Assembly (NCBI RefSeq): GCF_963921235.1 | Contig: NC_086108.1 | Span: 113,648,001-113,712,000, forward strand | DNA length: 64,000 nt | DNA from: Mobula hypostoma | Taxonomy: Eukaryota | Reading direction: 5' to 3' | Shown: positions 37,399 to 48,325 of the stretch, in pieces | Numbering within the stretch: the first letter of the stretch is position 1 | Layout of the letters: every line of letters begins with the position of its first letter | Translations under genes and position numbers: made by a program | The notes under the pieces: generated by a model | What the model saw: only the letters and a program-made list of their open reading frames with translations | The model's database searches: none | Told to the model about the DNA's origin: nothing

Positions 37399-38484
37399 GA
37401 TGGCAGAGGGGAAGAAGCTGTTCCTGAATCATTGACAGTGTGCCTTCAGGATTCTGGATCTCCTTTCTGATGGTAGCAAGGCATCACCTGGGTGATGCTG
37501 TCCTCAATGATGGATGCTGCCTTTTTGAGGCATGTCCTGGATACTATGGCAGCTAGTGCCCATGAAGGAGCTGACTGAGTTTACAACTCTCTGCAGTTTA
37601 CTTCAATCCTATGCAATAGCACCCCTCCCCAGACAGTGTTGTAGCTAGTTAAATGCTCTCCATGGTACATCTGTAGAAATTTGCGAGTGTCCTTTGGTGA
37701 CTTACCAAATCTCCTCAAACTCTGAAGAGTGATGCAGCCTGTCAGAATGCTCTCCATGGTTTTTGAGTGTATTTGTTGACAAACTAAATCTCTTCAAACT
37801 CCTAATGAAATATAGTCGCTGTCTTGCCTTCTTTATAGCTGCATCAGTATGTCGGGTTCAAGTAAGACCCTCAGAGATCTTGACACACAGGAACTTGAAA
37901 TTGCTCACTCTCTCCACTTCTGATCCCTCATCTTACTTTTCCTGAAGTCCACAATCAACTCTTTGGCCTTACTGACGTTGAGTGTAAGGTGGTTGTTGCG
38001 ACACCATTCAACTAACTGGTATTTCTCGCTCCTGTACGCCCTTCTGAAACCATCTGAAATTCTGCCAGCTATAGTTGTTTCATCAGTAAATTCATAGATG
38101 GCATTTGAGCTAGGCCTAGTCACGTAGACATGGGTGTAGAGAGAGTAGAGCAGTGGGCTAAGCACACATACCTGATGTGCACCAGTGTTGATTGTCGGTG
38201 AGGAGATGTTACTTCTGATCCCCACAGATTGTGGTCTTCCAGTTAGGAAGTCAAAGATCGAGTTTCAGAGGGAGGTACAATTTCTGGAACTTTTTGATCA
38301 GAACTGTAGGAATGATCATGTTAAACACTGAACTGTAGTCAATAAACAGCATCCTAATATAGGCATTTGTATTGTCCAGGTGATCCAAGGCCACGTGAAG
38401 AGCCAATGAGATCGAATTATTTGCATCAATCCTGGAATCACTCTTGTGAATCTTCTCTGAACCCTTTTCAATGTCAGTATATTC

Positions 38485-39026
38485 TTTGGGCTCCTTATTT
38501 TAGAAAGGATATACTCAGATTGGTGAGGGTTCAGAGAAGATTCACAAGAATGATTCCAGGGAATGAAAGGGTTACTGTAGGAGGAACATCTGGCAGCTCT
38601 TGGGCTGTATTCCCTGGAGTTCAGGAGAATGAGGGGGGGATCTCATAGAAACATTCTGAATGTTAAAAGGCCTGAACAGGTTAGATATGGCAAAGTTATT
38701 TCCCATGGTCGGGGATTTTAGGGCAAGAGGGCACAACTTCAGGATTGAAGGACATCCATTTAAAACTGAGATGCAGAGAAATTACTTTAGTCAGAGGGTG
38801 GTAAATCTGTGGAATCTGTTGCCACAAGTGGCTGTGGAGGGCAAGTCATTGGGTGCATTTAAGGTAGAGATAGATAAGCTCTTGATTAGCCAGGGCATCA
38901 AAGGGTATGGGGTGAAGGCAGGGGAGTGGAGATGACTGGAATAATTGGATCAGCCCATGACTGAATGGTGGAGCAGACTCGATGGGCCGAATGGCCTACT
39001 TCTGCTCCTACATCTTATGGTCTTAT
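38485..39026 (+). mobile_element. CR1 LINE 3' fragment
   Basis: WAPYFRKDI..VQRRFTRMIPG; ORF 38660-38935; tail (tcttatgg)n. Confidence 0.85.
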
Positions 39027-39796
39027 GGAATTGGCCGTAGACCTATTGTGGCGATAGGCAAATTGCTGTGGGTCCAGGTCTTTGTTGAGACGGGAGTTAA
39101 TTCTAGCCATAATCAACCTCTCCAGAGCTCCCAGTCTCACATAAGTTGAAGCTGATGCGTATTTATTCCATGCTCTGTGCATGATTTCACCCGTTGACAT
39201 TTTATTATGCCTACAGCAACAGCACATGCTTTCCAAGCTGACAAGCGAGGAAACATCAAATGTGTAAGATGTCAATGCATGAGAATTATTCCAAACAGAA
39301 GATGCTGGGTGAGAACAAATAGAGAAATAGACCAGAATTACATTATTTGATCAACAAAGAGTGGACGTCAATATATGGGGTAGAAATAAATGTACAGCAT
39401 AGTATTTACAATTCCTGAACTAGCCTAGCCCACAAATATCTTGTATAGAACTTTTCTTTGAAACTTTTTATAATTCTGAGCTCTTCATACCAGCTGATGT
39501 CTCATTTTTCTCTTTTCTAGAAAGAATGTCCCCAATTTAGTTAGTTTTATGAAGGACATTTGATGACCGTGGGCCTGTACTCACTGGCGTTTAGAAGAAT
39601 GAGGGGAGATTTCATAAATCCTTTTGAATATTGAAAGGCTCAGATCGAGTGGATGTGGAGAGGGACTTTCTATAGTGAGGGAGTCTAGGTCCAGAGTGTA
39701 CAGCCTAAGAATAGAGGGATGTCACTTAGAACAGAGATGAGGAGGAATCCCTAAGCAGAAAGTGGTGAATCTGTGGAATTCATTGCATAGCCGGCT

Positions 39797-40622
39797 CTGA
39801 TTCAAAGATTCAAAGTATGTGTACAGAACACAACTCTGAGATTTGTCCTCCCACAGGCAGCCACAAAACAAAGAAACACCATGGAACCCGTTCAAGGAAA
39901 ACATCAAACACTTAACGTGTGAAAAAGGATTAAGATGCACAAGCAGCAAAAAGCGAGCGAACAACATAGAATGTCAAACATCAAACCAGGAGTTGAATAT
40001 TCATCTTAGTTCAGTTCAGCACCTCAAGCCAACTGCAGGCTGCGTAGCCAGTCTTCAACAAGGTACCCCAGTCCGCACCAATCACGACAATCAACCTCTC
40101 AAAAACAGCAAAAAAAAAGGAACCAGAATCCAGAAACACATGCAACGTGAACCTCAAAGTCCCCAAAACGAGTCCACAGCTACAAGCCTTGCCACTCAAT
40201 CCTCACAATGTGGAACAAAGTACTGCTGCATTTTCCTCTGACAGCAGCTAGTGAGAGAAAGACTATGACCGACCAAATACAGGCAGATGGCGCCAAACAC
40301 TTGCCTGCACTCTGTTCTCATCTTTGTTGACATCAACCCTCACCCTTGCTTGATGCCTCAGAGAGAAGCAATTGAGTCAATCAGGGACTCACAAGCTGCA
40401 TCCAGGCCATCAGACCGTACATTTCGCTTCACATCTCACCAAACTCCCTCAGAGAGAGCAAAGTGCAGGAAAACACAATCAGCTCGAAAACACACCATAA
40501 AAATATAAATCATAGGTTCCAATCGCACATAGCTTAGTAGCAGAATCATATTTGAGATAAGTTAAAGCAGCTCATGAACTGCCTGCCAGACATCGCCAAT
40601 GGTCTCATTGTTCGCTGGCACT
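39797..40622 (-). mobile_element. Non-coding element with Rex-type 3' tail, inserted in a CR1 fragment
   Basis: Tail tttctttgttttgtggctgcctgt...aatctcag on -; flanked by ggct/ggct; CR1 text resumes at 40623. Confidence 0.55.
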
Positions 40623-40938
40623 GGCTGTGGAGGCCTAGTCATCCAATATAGTTAAAGCAGATGTGATAGGTTCTTGATTAGTCAGGGTGTCAAAAATTAC
40701 AGGAAGAAGTTAGGAGAATGAGGTTGAGAGAGATAATAAATCAGCCATAATAGAATGGCAGTGCAGATTTGACGAGCCAAAGGGTAATTCAGCTTGTATG
40801 TCATCTGGTCTTTAACATTATCAAAACAGAAACAGATGCAGAGCTTAGTTAATTGCCAGATAATTAATGACAACTGAACTTATATAATTGCTTGAAATAT
40901 ATGGCCCAATTTGCTTTCCATATTGATAAAGACCTTAC

Positions 40939-41063
40939 CGTAATCAGAAAGTGTGCAGACATGCGCAAAAGATAGTAACATGTCCAACATAGAGACTGCA
41001 TCAGACAGCTTATACAGGCAATGGATGTGTTTGTAGATTTTGGCCAGGAGTTTGCAAACCACC
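40939..41063 (-). CDS. MSH4: MSH4 internal coding exon (about exon 14), 125 nt
   Basis: tttag|G GTG GTT TGC...GAT TAC G|gtaagg = [41 protein letters not shown]; phase 2 in, phase 1 out. Confidence 0.96.
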
Positions 41064-41221
41064 CTAAAGAAAGTCAAAAATGTTTCTTTAATGCCAACAA
41101 TTAAAAATTTTCTAACCGAAGAGTCTGTGAAAAATGTGTAACATTAAGCACATTGATAGGGTCCTGACTTAAGTCAACTTAAACTGAATGAATAGATAAT
41201 TTGCCGCCAGTTATTGAGCAT

Positions 41222-41850
41222 CACAACGGTGCAGCAGGCAGTAGTAGAGCTGTCAGCTCACAGCTCCAGTGACTCACCCTTAATCTGACCTCCCTGTGCA
41301 AAGTCTGTGCAAAGTTTGTACCACCTCCCTGAGACCACAAGGGTTTTGCCACTTAATAGAGATGAGGCTCGAGTCAAAAGCAGAATAGCAGAAATAACTC
41401 AGTAAGGAACGATAACTTTACTAATAGACCATAAGGGGCCACAAAACAAGTGAGAACAGAAACCAAACACATCAGGCAACAAGGTAGATTTTAGGCAGGG
41501 AAAGTGAAAGCTCGAAGCCACTGGCTGAGTCCCAGTGGTTCAATGAGTGACCAAGTACTGTGGCTGAGAACAGGGGTTAATTAAATAGGCTACAGGTGAT
41601 GAGTCTGGAACGAGCAGTAGGTGAATCCTTTTAGCTGGGTGAAGACTTGACAGGCTTGCTCTTGGTACTACTTTCCCTTCCACATCCCAGACACATGTTC
41701 ATTGGTAGGCTAATTGTAGGTGAGTGGAAGGACCTAAGGGGACTAGTTGGGCTTGTGGGGACAATTGTGTGTTAATGTAAATAGGCCTTTGATGTTTGTA
41801 GCTGATCATATGCGCTGAAGGGCCTATTTCTGTGCTGTATGAGTCTCATC
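41222..41850 (+). mobile_element. Decayed tRNA-derived V-SINE-like element split by a solo LTR
   Basis: Head ggtgcagc..gtagagctgtcagctcacagctccagtgac; central cacatcccagacacatg..ggtaggctaattg; tail gaagggcctatttctgtgctgtatga. Confidence 0.65.
41347..41652. mobile_element. Solo LTR, 306 bp
   Basis: tgcca...tgaca inverted ends; 5-bp TSD ggttt/ggctt; interrupts the SINE. Confidence 0.65.
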
Positions 41851-41928
41851 ATTGTATTTTTTTATGGTTTCTATGATGAGAGATATTGGCATTTTAAATA
41901 GTCACACTTTACAATCAATGAAACACTA

Positions 41929-42190
41929 GGGCAGCACAGTAGCGTAGTGGTTAGCATAACATTATTACAGCACTGGCGGACCAGGGTCAATCTCCGCCAC
42001 TGCCTGAAAGGAGTTTGTACGTTCTCCCCATGACTGCATGGGTTTTCTCCGGATACTCTGGTTTAGTCCCACGTTCCGAAGATATTTAGTTAGTAGGTTA
42101 ATTGGTCACATAAGTGTAACAGATGGCACGGGCTAGTTAGACCAGAAGGGCCTGTTACCATTGCTGTATCTCTAAATAAAAAGAAATAAA
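41929..42190 (+). mobile_element. tRNA-derived SINE (HE1/V-SINE-like), full length
   Basis: A-box tagcgtagtgg, B-box-like gggtcaatctcc, central gagtttgtacgttctcccc..tgcatgggttttctccgg domain, CR1-like tail, A-rich end. Confidence 0.8.
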
Positions 42191-42514
42191 CAATCTGTTT
42201 TAAGAAGTAGAATTCACCACACTGGAGAGAAACTGGGAGCCCATTTATTCAACTGCAGATCCTACAAACAAGCATTTTCTGGATATCATTTCAGACCTAA
42301 GTATGGGCCAGAACACCCTTTGCTTTGTTTGGAATAGTGGTATGAGATGGGTTCTAGCTACATGAGGGCATGAACAATGCCTCAGATTAGTAGCACATCC
42401 AAAAAATTTCAAGCTGTTAGTGATACTAGGCTTTAACAATCCACTGAGATTGTCAGCCTCAAATTACATGATCGGAGATCCTGCCCCATGGACAAGAGGG
42501 CCAACAACCGATCC

Positions 42515-43015
42515 ACTGGTGAGGCCAAATTTGGAGTATTGTTTCAGTTCTGTTCAGCTACCTACAGAAAAGATATCAATATGCTTGGAAAAGTCAGAGA
42601 AAATGTACAAGGATGTTGCCGGGATTTGAGGACCTGAGTTATAGGGAAAGTTGAATAGGTTAGGAATGAGGGAAGATTTGATCGAGGTATACAAAATTAT
42701 GAGGGTTATAGTTAGAGTAAACTCAAGCAGGCTTTTTCCATGGAGGTTGAGTGAGATTAGAACTACGTGAAATGTTTAAGGGGAACATGAGGGAGAACTT
42801 CTTCACTTAAAGGTTGGAGCGAGTGTGGAATGAGCTGGCAGAAGTAGTGGATGTGGTTTCAATTTCAACATTTAAGAAAAGCTTGGGTGAGTACGTGGAT
42901 GGGAGGGGTATGGTCCAGGTGCTGGTTGATGAGACTTAGGCAGAGTAAGCTCAGCACAGATAATACAGACTAAAGGGACTGTTCCTGTGCTGCAGTGTTC
43001 TGTGACTCTGTGACT
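42515..43015 (+). mobile_element. Decayed CR1 LINE 3' fragment
   Basis: LVRPNLEYC..EVYKIMR..; tail (ctgtgact)n. Confidence 0.75.
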
Positions 43016-43158
43016 CTGTAACTACAATCTATAACTGCCACCCAGTGACAAACTTCCATTCTTAGTTTAAGTAGTCTTGATCAAATGACCCTCAATAACA
43101 GAATATCCAAGGATTTTTTTTGAAGAATATGTTTTATGAATATTTGTAATCTCCTTAC

Positions 43159-43262
43159 AGATAAGTCATGTGGTAAATTTCCCTCAAAGATTCTTGGCAC
43201 CGTTCATTCATTTTAATTAGGTCGGCAGTGGTGAAGTTGTAGGTATTCTTCAGAACGGTGAC
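43159..43262 (-). CDS. MSH4: MSH4 internal coding exon (about exon 13), 104 nt
   Basis: Not in the ORF track; read by hand: tacag|GTC ACC GTT...ACT TAT CT|gtaagg = [34 protein letters not shown](L); phase 0 in, phase 2 out, fits both neighbours. Confidence 0.96.
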
Positions 43263-43923
43263 CTGTACAGAAAAGCACAAATGAGACAAAGGGTCATGTC
43301 AGAGTGGGCATGAGGAAGACCAAGCCACTTATAAATGCCACACAGCCTGGTGCAGCTGACATAGCAGTTAGTATAACACTTTTCAGTGCCAACAAATATA
43401 AGTTTGATTCCTGCTACTGTCTGTAAGGAGTTTATACGTTTTACCATATGTTTCGATGTACACGTGACAAATAAAGCTAATCTTTAAGTTAAAATGGCTA
43501 GATACTGCATAGCTGAACATCTCTTTGTTGGATCTTTGCTGCCTCTGTGTCAACTGGATTTAATATGAAATGATTAATTCAGTTGTGACAAATGGGAACA
43601 GCCTTTTGGAATGGAAAATAACTGCTTCAAGCACAAGTAGCTGCAGAAAATCCCAAAGCAATTCAGTCATATTCTGGACTGCATTCTCTATTGTACTGGA
43701 ATATTACAAACACTGAGTAAGACTATTTGCAAAGGAATATTACGAATGAGATTTTTTAATCCATATAATATTCCTGACCTGAGCCACTAACATATAGAAT
43801 GTAGGGCAGAGCCTTAGCTCAGAATCAGAATTATTATCACCGACCTATGTCGTGAAATATGTTGTTTTGTGCCAGCAGTACAATGCAAGACAAAAAAATT
43901 ACTCCAAACTGCAATACGAAATA

Positions 43924-44186
43924 CAGTGGATTCTGGTTAAATGGGAACTACTTAAAACTGTTTGCTCGAAGCACGGTGTAGTGTCTAACAGCCGCACAAG
44001 TGCATGTGACTGACACTAGTTAGAAACTGTTCAGCAAAAGACTCCAGCCCCAAAGAAGCAGCACAATGTCTCAAATAAACTAAGGGAATCCTGGATAGTT
44101 TCTCGATGAGTTTTTGCTCTTCAAGAGTTGTCCCAAATAAGTGGCTGCCCCTGTAAACCGATGGCATAATTAACCAGAATCTCTTG
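43924..44186. mobile_element. Tigger-type MITE, 263 bp
   Basis: TA|CAGTGGATTCTGGTTAA ... TTAACCAGAATCTCTTG|TA; body homologous (inverted) to 10888-11070. Confidence 0.8.
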
Positions 44187-44236
44187 TATTTAAAAAATAA
44201 GGTGAAAATAGAGAGCAAGATAGTGAGTTAGTATTC

Positions 44237-44441
44237 CAATCACAAACAAGAGAGAATCTGCAGATGCTGGAAATCCAAGCAACACACACAAAATGCTGGA
44301 GGAACTCAGCAGGCCAGGCAGCATCTATGGAAAAGAGTACAGTCGATGCTGAGGAAGGGTCTCGGCCCAAACGGTCAACTATACCCTTTTCCATAGATGC
44401 TGCCTGGCCTGCTGAGTTCTTCCAGCATTTTCTGTGTGCAG
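44237..44441. mobile_element. Palindromic Penelope pLTR-derived short element with central hammerhead remnant
   Basis: 61-nt inverted arms 44283-44343 and 44378-44438 (4 mismatches); centre ctgagga-agggtctcggccc-aaacg-gtc; flanked by agtgagttagtattc/agtgagttggtgttc. Confidence 0.75.
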
Positions 44442-45457
44442 AGTGAGTTGGTGTTCATGGGTTCATTGTCCATTCAGAATTCTGATGGGAGGAAGGGAAG
44501 AAGCAGTTCCTAAAATATTGAGTGTGTGTCTTCAGGCTCTTGTACCTTCTTCTTGATGGTAGCAATGAGAAGAGAGCATGTCCTAGAAAGTAAAGGTCCT
44601 TAAAGATGGATGTCAACCATCAAGATACCTGAATACCAGAAAAGGTATTTAGTCTGAAGCTCATTCTAGAAATACCACTTAGCAGAATTCTGCAGTTATC
44701 AGTGAACTGCTTTCACTCACAATTGACTTCCAAACAACACTGAACTTTTTCTCAGTGTCCTACCCCAAAAAAATTCCTGGAAATGCAGGAGAATCTCCTT
44801 TTTGGCAAAGCAAAACTAGCCCTTGCAGAGCCTGCCCGGTTTTGACAAACAATTATGTCACTAGAAACAAGGAACTGCAGATGCTGTAGCCGAGAGCAAT
44901 AAACACTCTGCTGGAGGAATTCTGTGGGTGGAACAGTATGTATGGGGGGGGGGCGGGTGAAGGGAATTGTGTCTTTTCAGGCCATAACACTGCATCAGAA
45001 CTGACTGGGGAGAGGGAAGATGGCCAATATAAAGATAGGGAGGATTTCGTTGAAATCTATTGAATATTAAAAGTGAATGTGGAGAGGATGTTTCCTATAC
45101 TGGGGAGGTTTAGGACTAGAGGGCACAGACTCAGAATAGAGGGACAACCATTTAGAATAAAGATGAGGAGGAATTTCTTTAGCCAAAGGGTGGTGAATCT
45201 GTGGAATTCATTGCCACAGACAGCTGTAGAGGCCAAATTGCTCGGCATATTTAAAGAAGATTGATGGGTTCTTGATTAGTAAGGGCATCAAAGGTTTAGA
45301 CCATAAGTCATAGAAGCAGAATTAGGCCATTTTGGCCCATCAAGTCTGCTCCACCACTCAGTCATGGTTGATCCTTTTTTCACCCCCTGAAATGCCAATT
45401 ATTTACTCTTTTCCATAGATGCTGCCTGGCCTGCAAGTTCCTCTAGCATTCTGTGTG

Positions 45458-47180
45458 TGTTGGTCAGAAGAAGGGGTTGGGAAGGGGCAGTGAAAAACAC
45501 AGGAGAGAAGGGTTACCTGAAATCAGAAAGTTCAGCATTCATACCATTGTGTTACAGACCAACCAGACAAAGAAAAAGGTATTGTTCCTCTAGTTTGCAT
45601 TGGGGCCCCATCCTGGCAATGATGAAGGCTGCGAGTGGACAGGTTGATGTGGGAATGGGAAGGAGAATTGTAATGCAATTTACGGTTTAAGCTGGTGCTA
45701 CTGAAGATGTGCGACAGCTTGCTGATTAATCATAAGGCAACAGAATCAACTAAAAACATTAGTTATAACATCTTTTCCAAAGCAAAGTGTGGTAAACTAT
45801 TGCCGCAGTAAGTGAGAAGGCAGGCGGAGGTGAGGCTGGTTCCGGGGATGAGCTGTGCTTGGGGCATTGCAAGGCGCAACGTGTTTGAGCCAGAGTAGAA
45901 GAGAGTTCGTATCGCTACTGGAGATGAAGTGAGTGATTTGGAGAAGAGTTTTGACGCCCAACCATCTAACTCAGGTGCAAGGTTGGATCACTCTAAGCAC
46001 CAAGCCAATTTGCTGAGATACAGAACGGCTATGGGTTGGGTGGTCCAGGTGTGTCGCTGTGCCTAGTACTGGAGAGTGGCACTTCTCGGTGCTTAAACAA
46101 TTTAAACATTGGCCCAGATAGATTGGAAGCCCAAATGTCAGGTACGGAGGCAATGGTCAGCTGATTTACTCGCTCTCCTGCATACGTTTATTCCTTTCTT
46201 TGTGGCACCAAGACTGCGAACTGATCTGGCCACTGTGCATTTCTGCCCCCCAACTGCTCCACCAGTGGACCTGGGACTCAGTCTGGTTTGGGATGGTTTG
46301 CTTCTATTGTTTGCATGATGTGTTTTTTCTCTCTCTTTCCCTGTGCAGTGGTTTTTTAGCCTTTTCTTAGTTGGACTATTTGGGTTTCTTGCTTTGTTGC
46401 TGCCTGTAAGCAAACAAATTTCAAGGTATAAAATATGAACATTCTTGGATAATAAATGTGCTTTGAAACTTTGAATAAAACTGAGAGGTTGGAATAGCCA
46501 CTGCAGATAGAGTATAGGTGCTCTGTCTCAGAAAGGCAGTGTCCATGATTAAGGACCTCCAGCACCCAGGGCATGCCCTTTTCTCACTGTTACCATCAGG
46601 TAGGAGTAAAGAAGCCTGAAGGCACACACTCAGCGATTCAGGAACAGCTTCTTCCCCTCTGTCATCCGATTCCTAAATGGACTTTGAAGCTTTGGACACT
46701 ACCTCACATTTTTTAATATACAGTATTTCTGTTTTTGCACATTTTAAAAAATCTATTCAATATATGTAATTGATTTACTTGTTTATTTATTATTATATTT
46801 TATTTTATTTATTATAATTTTTTTCTCTGCTAGATTACGTATTGCACTGAACTGCTGCTGCTAAGTTAACAAATTTCACGTCACATGCCAGTGACAATAA
46901 ACCTGATTCTGATCTCACTGGCGTGGAGGAGGCCACATCAGGGACACCTAATTCATCAGGTGAAGTTGGAAGAGCTGCATACAAGTTTTTGTCTTACTTG
47001 AAAGGATAGTTTACATTACCATCTGGCTTCTTCCCTTTTCCTTGCCAGTCCTGATGAAGGGTCTCAGCCCATAATGTTGACTGTTTATTCCCCTCTATGG
47101 ATGTTGCCTAATCTGCTGAGTTCCTCCAGCACTTCGTATGTATTACTCTGGATTTCCACCACCTACAGAATCTCATGTGT
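45458..47180. mobile_element. Penelope-like 3' remnants (45458-45670 and 46915-47010 on -, pLTR 47020-47180 on +) interrupted by Rex-type elements (45690-46912)
   Basis: On -, EEQYLF..PNGMNAELS and IRCP-CGLL (GIY-YIG remnants); pLTR hammerhead remnant at 47046-47083. Confidence 0.6.
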
Positions 47181-47299
47181 TGATAGTTTAGGGTACTGGA
47201 TGGTTGTGAGGGATAAGGTGTAAGAAGAAGTGTTGCAGGGGAAAGCACCAGATGTCAGAGAGGTGGAAAGGCAGGGATGAGCTGCTCAGTGAGTCTTGA

Positions 47300-48325
47300 A
47301 GGGCAACCATGTTCATGTTGAAATTCAACTTCAACCAGGTATAAGTGCCATGAAAGGTAGCTTTCTGCAACAGCAACACAGTACATTACAAACATGATAA
47401 ACAAACACTTACATTTACTTAAATGATGCATATAGTACCTTACACAACAAAGTAAACATAACAACATTAGTGCAAGTTGAAGAAAATATAGTCTGAGTTA
47501 CAAATAAGGATTTTCAGGTTGGTTCAAGAACCTGATGACAGTGGGAAAGAAGCTGTTGTTGAATCTTGAGATGTGAGTCTTCAGACTCTTGATGGCAGCT
47601 ATAAAGCAAACACAAAACTGGGATGGTACAGATCCTTAGTGGATCCGAATGGATGACAACTTCCTGAGATATCACCTTTTGTAGATGTCCTTAGTGAGTA
47701 GAGCTGCATACATGATGGAATTGGCTGTCCACCACATTCTGCAGCCTCTTGCATTCCTCTTCACTGCAGTTCCATAAAAGGCCATCATGCAACAAGGCAG
47801 AATGATTTCATTGTCAGTCTTCGATGACAAAATCCCACAAGCGACTTTAAGTGAGGACAACTTCTGACCGCAAGTTCCTACAAAGGATTGTGAAGACTGC
47901 TGAGAAGACAAGTGGGGTCCCTCTTCCACCTATTAGACATATTTATAAGCAGGACCGCATACAGAAGGCCCTTGGCATTGTCAGTGATCCCTCCAATCTG
48001 TCCAACAATCTCTTTGACCCCCTATTATCATGCAGAAGGTACTGTAGCATTAGGTCAAGAACTGTTAGGATAGGAAACAGCTTCTACCCCAGGCTGGGAG
48101 ACTACTGAACTACCGGGCTCCAACCCAAGTCTCTTCATGTGTAAAGCACCAATAGCATTATATTGTTTACTTTTTAAATTGTAACTTTACTTTCTAAATT
48201 ATTATCTATGAATTTACTTTTGTTAATATTGCTTTATAGGTTACGTGTGTGAGTTACTATATGTACTGTGTTGTGCATCTTGGTTGGGAGGAATGTTGTT
48301 TCGTTTGATGGTATACATATACATA
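47300..48325. mobile_element. Two head-to-head Rex1/Babar-type LINE 3' fragments (47300-47830 on -, 47845-48325 on +)
   Basis: ORFs 47672-47929 and 47851-48108 (LQRIVKTAEK..RRYCSIRSRT..NSFYP). Confidence 0.7.

Larger units (their letters stand above)
36255..39130 (-). mobile_element. Rex1/Babar-type LINE (-) interrupted by a (+) Rex-type copy (36441-37398) and a CR1 (38485-39026)
   Basis: Host ORFs 37905-38225 (TGAHQVCVLSPLLYSLYTH, LNVSKAKELIVDFRK) and 39015-39130 (LDPQQFAYRHNRST); host text resumes after each insert. Confidence 0.8.

Noticed and set aside
41929..42005. tRNA-like A/B boxes
   Set aside because: SINE head continuing into SINE body and tail; no complete cloverleaf
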